Shown here: positions 1 through 5,960 of the stretch, one piece after another
How positions within the stretch are numbered: position 1 is the stretch's first letter
Layout: each line of letters opens with the position of its first letter
DNA from: a virus
Lineage: Duplodnaviria > Heunggongvirae > Uroviricota > Caudoviricetes
DNA: 6,030 nt
Virus record (IMG/VR): IMGVR_UViG_2681813273_000006
Direction: 5' to 3' (one strand)
Notes under the pieces: model-generated
The model's database searches: none
What the model was told of the DNA's origin: nothing
The model's input: only the letters and a program-made list of their open reading frames with translations
Made by a program: the position numbers and the translations under genes

Positions 1-151
1 AATGGGTTAAGTGATAACAGGTGTCTGGAAATATAGGGGCAAATCCAGCGTTCATCAGCCCCCGCATTGCCGACAGGATCACAGACGGGGGGCGCAACTG
101 GTTGTCGTTCAACTGGCCCAGCTACCGTTCTTGTATCAGAGGTGTGGCTGC

Positions 152-1543
152 ATGACAACACCAGTCTGGCGTAATGATGACCTGGAAGGCGCTGTCATTG
201 GCGCATTCTTTCTGCGTGGGGCAGATCATGAAGTGATGGATATTCTGATCACACTACCGGCGGACATTTTTTCTGTACGAGCGTATCGGGATATCTACAC
301 AGGCATCTGCAGACAGGCCCGTGTTTCAGGAGTGATTGACCCCGTGCTGTTGTGTAATGAGATGCCGGAACTTGCCCCGGTGATTACTGATACCGGGCGT
401 AAAACCTGGGTGAAGTCTTCACTGGAGCACTATGTTGCAGCGTTGCGGCGCAATGCCGCACTGCGCGATGCAGAAAAAACACTGAATGAGGCGCTGCAGA
501 AATTACGTGATGCGCATACCTGTGAAGCAGCTGAAGATGCCCTGAAGGATGCGCAGAACATGATGGTCACACTGTCGACAGGAAAGGGCGTCATTCAGCC
601 GGTACATATTGATGATGTGCTTCCGGAAGTGGTTGAGCGTGTTGAATGCCGGAATCAGGGGCTGGAGAAATCCAGGACGTTGATGACCGGTATTGATGAA
701 CTGGACGCAAAAACAGGCGGTATGGAGCCCGGAGACCTGGTATTCATTGCCGCCCGTCCTTCGATGGGGAAAACCGAACTTGCGCTGGACATCATCGACA
801 AGGTGACTGAGCAGGGGCATGGTGTGCTTCTGTTCACCATGGAGATGGCGAACATCCAGATTGGTGAACGTATGGTGTCTGCGGCTGGAGGGATGCCAGT
901 ATCACGCCTGAAATCTGTGGCTCACTTTGAAGATGAAGACTGGGCGCGTTTCTCACAAGGGGTGGGGCGGATGACCGGGCGCAATATCTGGATGGTGGAC
1001 CAGGCGAACCTGACCATTGATGAGATATGCGCAACAACGAAACACCATCTGATTAAACATCCGGAAACGGCGCTGGTGGTGGTTGATTATCTCGGGCTGA
1101 TAAAAACCCGAACCACGGGGCGTCATGACCTTGCCGTGGGTGAAATCTCAAAGGGGCTTAAAGGCCTGGCAAAATCCGGTGGTTTTCCGTTGATTGCGCT
1201 GAGCCAGCTCTCCCGCGGTGTGGAGTCCAGACCCAATAAACGTCCCATGAACTCAGACCTGAAAAATTCCGGAGAAATAGAGGCGGATGCAGACATCATT
1301 CTGATGCTTTACAGGGATGAAGTGTACAACCCGGATACACAGGCTACAGGCATAGCAGAAATTAATATCACGAAACAACGTAACGGTTCTCTGGGGACGA
1401 TTTACCGGCGTTTTTATAACGGACATTTTCTGCCTGTGGACCAGGAAAGCGCACAGGTTCTTTCCACCCCAATGCGGCAGCCCCAGCCGCGCAGATACAG
1501 CAATACACGTACCGACAGCAGTAAGATGGAGCGTTTCTTTTGA
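152..1543 (+). CDS. Phage-encoded DnaB-family replicative DNA helicase (P22 gp12-like). Start could instead be the GTG at 11.
   Basis: Long ORF with recognisable DnaB motifs: Walker A-like IAARPSMGKTE, and [43 protein letters not shown] closely resembling the E. coli DnaB C-terminal region. ATG at 152 has a GAGG Shine-Dalgarno 9 nt upstream. The ORF stays open back to GTG at 11, just after an in-frame TAA at 8-10. Confidence 0.85.
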   Translation: MTTPVWRNDDLEGAVIGAFFLRGADHEVMDILITLPADIFSVRAYRDIYTGICRQARVSGVIDPVLLCNEMPELAPVITDTGRKTWVKSSLEHYVAALRRNAALRDAEKTLNEALQKLRDAHTCEAAEDALKDAQNMMVTLSTGKGVIQPVHIDDVLPEVVERVECRNQGLEKSRTLMTGIDELDAKTGGMEPGDLVFIAARPSMGKTELALDIIDKVTEQGHGVLLFTMEMANIQIGERMVSAAGGMPVSRLKSVAHFEDEDWARFSQGVGRMTGRNIWMVDQANLTIDEICATTKHHLIKHPETALVVVDYLGLIKTRTTGRHDLAVGEISKGLKGLAKSGGFPLIALSQLSRGVESRPNKRPMNSDLKNSGEIEADADIILMLYRDEVYNPDTQATGIAEINITKQRNGSLGTIYRRFYNGHFLPVDQESAQVLSTPMRQPQPRRYSNTRTDSSKMERFF

Positions 1544-1554
1544 ACAACCAGACA

Positions 1555-1647
1555 ATGACTTTTACCTCTGAACAATTGCGTAAACACGCGCAGGAAATGT
1601 TGCGACAGGCGGAACAACTGGAAAAAACAGGTGTAACAAAAGATGCC
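1555..1647 (+). CDS. 5' fragment of the small helical protein gene, cut off by the N-run; identical to 2780-2872
   Basis: ATG at 1555, 12 nt after the helicase stop. Sequence is identical to the start of the complete copy at 2780-3022 and runs into the gap at 1648. Confidence 0.5.
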
Positions 1648-1658
1648 NNNNNNNNNNN
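1648..1658. other. Assembly gap (11 N)
   Basis: Run of n characters in the sequence; sequence on either side is not collinear. Confidence 0.95.
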
Positions 1659-1682
1659 GTATTAAGACTATCACTTATTTAA

Positions 1683-1844
1683 GTGATACTGGTTGTCTGG
1701 AGATTCAGGGGGCCAGTCTACGGACATTTTCTGCCTGTGGACCAGGAAAGTGCACGGGTGCTTTCCACTCCCATGAAGCCCGGCAATCCGCGCAGATACA
1801 GTAATAAACGAACTGACAGCAGTAAGATGGAGCGTTTCTTTTGA
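1683..1844 (+). pseudogene. Helicase remnant in paralogous copy B: 53-codon in-frame ORF joining an N-terminal-proximal segment to the helicase C-terminal tail
   Basis: 1679-1720 aligns at about 70% identity to window 7-50 (TAA-GTG-ATA...). 1721-1844 aligns to the helicase 3' end 1420-1543 ([18 protein letters not shown]) in the same frame with the same stop. No internal stop codons. The roughly 1.4 kb helicase core is absent. Confidence 0.45.
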
Positions 1845-1855
1845 ACAACCAGACA

Positions 1856-2098
1856 ATGACTTTTACCCCTGAACAATTGCGTAAACACGCGCAGGAAATG
1901 CTGCGTCATGCTGAACAACTCGAAAAAACGGGCATAACAAAAGACGCTATCCGTAAAGATATGGTACCCGCGCTTCGGGAACTGATGCAGGCGAAGCATC
2001 GCGCACAGAAAGCAGTAGATGAGCTGGTGGACTGTGTGGCAGAGCTGGAAACCAGAGTCGGAAAGTTTGAAAAACTGGTGCAGGAGGTGCTGCGCTGA
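1856..2098 (+). CDS. Small alpha-helical phage protein (80 aa), copy B, function unknown
   Basis: ORF with ATG at 1856. Protein is about 92% identical to the copy at 2780-3022, with differences mostly conservative (I/V, R/K, L/M). Its stop overlaps the rusA start in a TGATG arrangement. Confidence 0.6.
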   Translation: MTFTPEQLRKHAQEMLRHAEQLEKTGITKDAIRKDMVPALRELMQAKHRAQKAVDELVDCVAELETRVGKFEKLVQEVLR

Positions 2099-2438
2099 TG
2101 CGCCATGAGTTTATTTTACCTTATCCGCCGACGGTGAATACTTACTGGCGACGTCGTGACAACACATATTTTGTATCAAAAGCCGGTGAGCGTTATCGCC
2201 GGGATGTGGCGCTTATTGTCCGTCAGCAGCGACTGAAATTAAGCCTGTCCGGAAGACTGGCGATAAAGATTATTGCAGAGCCACCGGATAAGCGCCGTCG
2301 TGACCTGGACAATATCCTGAAAGCACCACTGGATGCACTGACACATGCGGGAGTGTTAATGGACGATGAGCAGTTTGATGAAATCAATATCGTTCGTGGT
2401 CAGCCAGTATCTGGTGGACGTCTGGGGGTGAAGATTTA
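2098..2438 (+). CDS. rusA: RusA-family Holliday junction resolvase, copy B, 3' end truncated at the ambiguous base / contig join
   Basis: Translation matches RusA motifs ([41 protein letters not shown]). The ORF-track product reads through the n at 2439 into helicase-tail sequence, which is not a real protein. Confidence 0.6.
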
Positions 2439-2439
2439 N

Positions 2440-2768
2440 GCGGTGTGGAGTCCAGACCCAATAAACGTCCCATGAACTCAGACCTGAAAAATTCCGGAGA
2501 AATAGAGGCGGATGCAGACATCATTCTGATGCTTTACAGGGATGAAGTGTACAACCCGGATACACAGGCTACAGGCATAGCAGAAATTAATATCACGAAA
2601 CAACGTAACGGTTCTCTGGGGACGATTTACCGGCGTTTTTATAACGGACATTTTCTGCCTGTGGACCAGGAAAGCGCACAGGTTCTTTCCACCCCAATGC
2701 GGCAGCCCCAGCCGCGCAGATACAGCAATACACGTACCGACAGCAGTAAGATGGAGCGTTTCTTTTGA
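2440..2768 (+). pseudogene. 5'-truncated copy of the helicase C-terminal coding region; likely an assembly duplicate, not an independent gene
   Basis: Identical to helicase 1215-1543 and begins immediately after the n at 2439. The listed 2445-2768 ORF simply starts at an internal Met. Confidence 0.55.
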
Positions 2769-2872
2769 ACAACCAGACAATGACTTTTACCTCTGAACAA
2801 TTGCGTAAACACGCGCAGGAAATGTTGCGACAGGCGGAACAACTGGAAAAAACAGGTGTAACAAAAGATGCC
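2440..2872 (+). repeat. Exact 433-bp direct repeat of 1215-1647 (helicase 3' end plus start of the small ORF); probable contig overlap
   Basis: Base-by-base comparison of 1215-1647 with 2440-2872 shows identity at a constant offset of 1225. The repeat is bounded by the single n at 2439 and, in the first copy, by the N-run at 1648. Confidence 0.85.
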
Positions 2873-3022
2873 ATTCGTCGGGATATGGTGCCAGCGCTCA
2901 GGGAACTGATGCAGGCGAAACATCGCGCACAAAAAGCGGTGGATGAGCTCGTTGATTGTGTGGCAGAGCTGGAAACCAAAGTTGGAAAGTTTGAAAAAAT
3001 GGTGCAGGAGGTGCTGCGCTGA
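2780..3022 (+). CDS. Small alpha-helical phage protein (80 aa), copy A, function unknown
   Basis: ORF MTFTSEQLRKHAQEML...VQEVLR with ATG at 2780. Stop overlaps the rusA ATG (TGATG). No clear Shine-Dalgarno, so the start is uncertain (TTG at 2765 is an alternative). Confidence 0.65.
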   Translation: MTFTSEQLRKHAQEMLRQAEQLEKTGVTKDAIRRDMVPALRELMQAKHRAQKAVDELVDCVAELETKVGKFEKMVQEVLR

Positions 3023-3393
3023 TGCGCCATGAGTTTATTTTACCTTATCCGCCGACGGTGAATACTTACTGGCGACGTCGTGGCAGCACATATTTTGTAT
3101 CAAAAGTTGGTGAGCGTTATCGCCGTGATGTGACGCTAATTGTTCGCCAGCAGCGGCTGAAATTAAACCTGTCCGGAAGGCTGGCGATAAAGATTATTGC
3201 AGAGCCACCGGATAAGCGCCGTCGTGACCTGGACAATATCCTGAAAGCACCACTGGATGCGCTGACGCATGCCGGACTACTCATAGACGACGAGCAGTTT
3301 GATGAAATCAATATTGTGCGCGGTCAGCTCGTTCCTGGTGGGCGACTGGGCGTGAAGATTTATGAAATCACAGGTGATAACGATGGCGCGTGA
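3022..3393 (+). CDS. rusA: RusA-family Holliday junction resolvase (endodeoxyribonuclease RusA)
   Basis: 123-aa ORF with RusA signatures, including the acidic motif RRRDLDN and the DDEQ / GGRL region; resembles E. coli prophage RusA. AGGAGG lies 10 nt upstream of the ATG. Confidence 0.85.
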   Translation: MRHEFILPYPPTVNTYWRRRGSTYFVSKVGERYRRDVTLIVRQQRLKLNLSGRLAIKIIAEPPDKRRRDLDNILKAPLDALTHAGLLIDDEQFDEINIVRGQLVPGGRLGVKIYEITGDNDGA

Positions 3394-3769
3394 TATTCAG
3401 CAGGTTATGGAACGGTGGGGGGCTTGGGCTGCAAACACTCATGAAGATGTATCCTGGGCGTCGATCGCTGCTGGTTTTAAAGGGTTAATTCCGTCGAAAG
3501 TGAAATCACGCCCTCAGTGTTCTGATGATGATGCAATGATAATTTGTGGCTGTATGGCCCGGTTGAACAAGAAAAATCAGGATTTGCACGATTTGCTGGT
3601 GGATTATTACGTAGGTGGAATGACTTTTATGAGTCTGGCACGGAAACATGGGTGTTCGGATACCTGTATTGGCAAGCGCCTGCAGAAAGCGGAAGGGGTT
3701 ATTGATGGCATGTTGATGATGCTTGATATCCGGCTGGAGATGGACAGATACGTAGAACGAATTATGTAG
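3383..3769 (+). CDS. Late-gene antiterminator Q (phage 82 / DLP12 quuD-like family)
   Basis: [28 protein letters not shown]...[16 protein letters not shown]...GKRLQKAEG strongly resembles my recollection of E. coli prophage Q (QuuD-type) proteins. ATG at 3383 has an AGGTGA Shine-Dalgarno 5 nt upstream and overlaps the rusA stop. A strong promoter follows at once. Confidence 0.8.
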   Translation: MARDIQQVMERWGAWAANTHEDVSWASIAAGFKGLIPSKVKSRPQCSDDDAMIICGCMARLNKKNQDLHDLLVDYYVGGMTFMSLARKHGCSDTCIGKRLQKAEGVIDGMLMMLDIRLEMDRYVERIM

Positions 3770-3773
3770 GTGC

Positions 3774-3803
3774 TTGACCAGACACATTGTCCGGGGCTAT
3801 ATT
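3774..3803 (+). promoter_or_regulatory. Sigma70 late promoter (PR'-like) immediately downstream of Q
   Basis: TTGACC (3774-3779), 18-nt spacer, TATATT (3798-3803). The position directly after the Q stop matches lambdoid late-promoter/qut architecture. A 6-bp hairpin CGCCAG/CTGGCG sits at 3811-3828 in the initial transcribed region. Confidence 0.6.
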
Positions 3804-3864
3804 CCTCACGCGCCAGCAAAATCTGGCGTCGGGATTGGAACCCCGGATAGAGACCGCGACAGAC

Positions 3865-3889
3865 ACACGCCGCGAGCGTGTTTTTTATT
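3865..3889 (+). terminator. Intrinsic terminator (tR'-like), ending a roughly 77-nt leader RNA from the late promoter
   Basis: Stem ACACGC / GCGTGT with loop CGCGA, followed by TTTTTTATT. Confidence 0.6.
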
Positions 3890-4243
3890 GTCGTATGCAC
3901 GCGCACATCTGAATTATGGTGGGGCGCATGGGGGAGCTGAAAAGCTCGCCGGTCGGTTTCCCGGTAGTTCCAACCCTGTGCGTCTCACCACCCGATGATT
4001 GGAACCTGACGGTGTTGACAGTTTCAGGTTTGCAGTTTACATTTCCCCGCGGTGCTCAAAACACCTCGAAAGCGGTATCCACACCCGATAGCCATGTGGT
4101 TTTTTTGTGTCCAGAATTCTTGGTTTATGACCGGGTGTGCGGCTAATACAATACCAGCAATGGAAATACGCCCGCCGACTTTCGACGGTTTTGAGCGCCC
4201 GGTCACCCTCTCAAAAGGGGTAAATCAAAATATTCGAAAGGAC

Positions 4244-4813
4244 ATGTCTATGAATCGCACGTCTATTGAAAAACTCCCGTCACTTACGCATAACCATCTT
4301 CCTGTCATGACAACAGAGCTGCTGGCTGATTTGTACGGAACAGAGCGCCAGCGTTTGACAAACAATTTCAATCGAAACAAAGAACGGTTTATAGAAGGTA
4401 AACATTTTTTCCTGATAGAAGGTGATGCGTTACGAGAGTTGAAGAACGAAAACTCTTTAAGAGTTTCTGTGAAAATTGCCCGTAACGTTCGCTCCCTCAT
4501 CCTCTGGACAGAACGTGGCGCAGCCCGTCACGCCAAAATGCTCGAAACCGATCAGGCGTGGGAAGTGTTCGAAAAACTGGAAGACTGTTATTTCAACCAG
4601 AAACAGCCACCAGCGGCACAAAACACATCTATCGAAAATGATGGATGCGCATTACTGAGCCACTTCGATAAACACGGTCAGGTTGAGTTCACGGAAAAGG
4701 TACCCGCCGATGCGATGGTATGTACTCTGGAACGGTTTAAATTTTATCTGGAGCAACACGGGTGGATCGTTGCCCGTAAAGAGCAACTGGTGGAGCGGTT
4801 GATGCGGTTTTAA
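4244..4813 (+). CDS. ORF6N-domain (KilA-N-related) putative DNA-binding / antirepressor-like protein; start may be ATG 4250
   Basis: N-terminal region VMTTELLADLYGTERQRLTNNFNRNKERFIEGKHFFLIEGDALRELKN ... LWTERGAARHAKML fits the ORF6N domain pattern as I recall it. AAGGA Shine-Dalgarno lies 7 nt before ATG 4250. The ORF-track extension back to 4052 has no start codon and covers leader sequence. Confidence 0.65.
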   Translation: MSMNRTSIEKLPSLTHNHLPVMTTELLADLYGTERQRLTNNFNRNKERFIEGKHFFLIEGDALRELKNENSLRVSVKIARNVRSLILWTERGAARHAKMLETDQAWEVFEKLEDCYFNQKQPPAAQNTSIENDGCALLSHFDKHGQVEFTEKVPADAMVCTLERFKFYLEQHGWIVARKEQLVERLMRF

Positions 4814-4889
4814 AAATTTTTTCCGAAAACTTTACGATCGTAAAAAGTTGAATATCCTGTTAAGAGTGGTTACTACGCCACACAGCTTA

Positions 4890-4915
4890 AACCCGCCGAT
4901 GAGCGGGTTTTTTTA
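4890..4915 (+). terminator. Intrinsic terminator downstream of the ORF6N gene
   Basis: Stem ACCCGC / GCGGGT with loop CGATGA, followed by TTTTTTTAT. Confidence 0.65.
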
Positions 4916-4964
4916 TACCTGAAAAACGGCACAGGACGTTAAACGTGCTGGTGGTCAGATGAGT

Positions 4965-4993
4965 TTGCAGATGTGATGACATATGGTTATTAT
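4965..4993 (+). promoter_or_regulatory. Sigma70-like promoter directly upstream of the tRNA cluster
   Basis: TTGCAG (4965-4970), 17-nt spacer, TATTAT (4988-4993). The first tRNA starts 10 nt downstream. Confidence 0.45.
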
Positions 4994-5002
4994 TCTGCCT
5001 CC

Positions 5003-5079
5003 GGCCCTTTAGCTCAGTTGGTCAGAGCGAGCGACTCATAATCGCCAGGTCGCTGGTTCAAGTCCAGCAAGGGCCACCA
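5003..5079 (+). tRNA. tRNA-Ile2 (anticodon CAT, lysidine type, ileX/ileZ-like); tRNA-Met not formally excluded
   Basis: Manual cloverleaf: acceptor GGCCCTT/AAGGGCC, D-arm GCTC..GAGC, anticodon loop CTCATAA, T-arm GCTGG TTCAAGT CCAGC, discriminator A plus CCA. Closely resembles E. coli ileX. Confidence 0.8.
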
Positions 5080-5080
5080 A

Positions 5081-5157
5081 CCACCACTAGCTCATCCGGA
5101 TAGAGCATCAACCTTCTAAGTTGACGGTGCGAGGTTCGAGTCCTCGGTGGTGGGCCA
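5081..5157 (+). tRNA. tRNA-Arg (anticodon TCT, reads AGA)
   Basis: Manual fold: acceptor CCACCAC/GTGGTGG, anticodon stem TCAAC/GTTGA with loop CTTCTAA, T-arm CGAGG TTCGAGT CCTCG, discriminator G plus CCA. Confidence 0.8.
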
Positions 5158-5159
5158 GC

Positions 5160-5235
<76 letters not shown>

Positions 5236-5238
5236 TAT

Positions 5239-5313
<75 letters not shown>

Positions 5314-5926
5314 GCGAGATTTGAGACGAAGGTTGTTATTTGCACTGACACAATATTGTGTGGGAATGTCTGACTCCTTACCATCTCCTGTTCTGTGATG
5401 TTGTTTTGTTGCAGTTCCAGTGCTCTTTTTTCAGCACCAGAATGGTGCATTGTCGGTCAGGTTACGTAGTGAACCTCTGGCAGGGGACTGATGATTCATC
5501 ATTCTGGTGTTGTAAATATCTCTTCGGACAACTTACAAAATATTCTAAGCAAACCCCGGGAACACACTCTTAACTGCCTTGGCTGGCGGTTTTTTGTACA
5601 GCGCTCGGTATGTGTGAGCTGGAAATCAGATTTTGCATGGACTGGAATCATGCTGTTATTTAGGGGCGAAGAACTGGCTTTTTCTTCCGCCTTCTCACCA
5701 GTAACGATTAGAAAAATAATGAAATGCCCCCCTCCGGGGAGGAGGACCGTAGAAAAAAGGACCCGCCAGCAAAAACATTGGGGATGAACAGCTTTCGCTA
5801 CTCAGATTGCTGGCGGGTAAAGTTCCTCATGAATTAAGAATGCTACGCGATCTTTTTTAATGGAAATGAAAATTATTGTCAATTAGTCGTGCGTGTTTTT
5901 TCATACAATATTGGTAAAGGTGATTC

Positions 5927-5960
5927 AGGCCATCAGAGTTTTGCTGATGGCCTTTTTTCT
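5927..5960 (+). terminator. Strong intrinsic terminator
   Basis: 10-bp perfect stem AGGCCATCAG / CTGATGGCCT with 7-nt loop AGTTTTG, followed by TTTTTT. The reverse strand lacks a T-run, so it is + strand specific. Confidence 0.75.

Noticed and set aside
503-1555. Minus-strand ORFs 503-820, 655-855, 834-1037 and 1253-1555
   Set aside because: All lie entirely antisense to the well-supported helicase gene and their products have no recognisable motifs; typical shadow ORFs.
1414-1999. Minus-strand ORFs 1414-1674, 1671-1856 and 1718-1999
   Set aside because: They are antisense to the helicase tail and small ORF; the first contains X residues because it reads across the N-run, so it is partly an assembly artefact.
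1215-2872. Direct repeats as a CRISPR array or IS element
   Set aside because: Only two copies, 433 bp long, coding sequence, bounded by N characters; no short regular repeat-spacer periodicity and no transposase.
2478-3030. Minus-strand ORFs 2478-2780, 2593-3030, 2639-2932 and 1906-2106
   Set aside because: Antisense to the helicase tail and small ORF; duplicated only because the underlying DNA is duplicated; Ser/Cys-rich low-complexity products.
3117-3906. Minus-strand ORFs 3117-3311, 3506-3787 and 3607-3906
   Set aside because: Antisense to rusA and Q or overlapping the late promoter and terminator; no ribosome-binding sites and no recognisable domains.
3774-4206. ORFs 3774-3998 (+), 3916-4146 (+) and 4024-4206 (-) in the Q-downstream leader
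   Set aside because: They overlap the promoter, hairpin and terminator, lack Shine-Dalgarno sequences, and have Gly/Pro/Arg-rich composition typical of GC-rich noncoding sequence.
4052-4243. N-terminal extension of the 4052-4813 ORF (MLKTPRKRYPHP...)
   Set aside because: It has no start codon; the ORF6N homology and a good Shine-Dalgarno begin only at 4244-4250, so the upstream part is read-through of leader sequence.
4225-4658. ORFs 4225-4500 (-) and 4476-4658 (+, out of frame)
   Set aside because: Embedded within or antisense to the ORF6N gene with no independent support.
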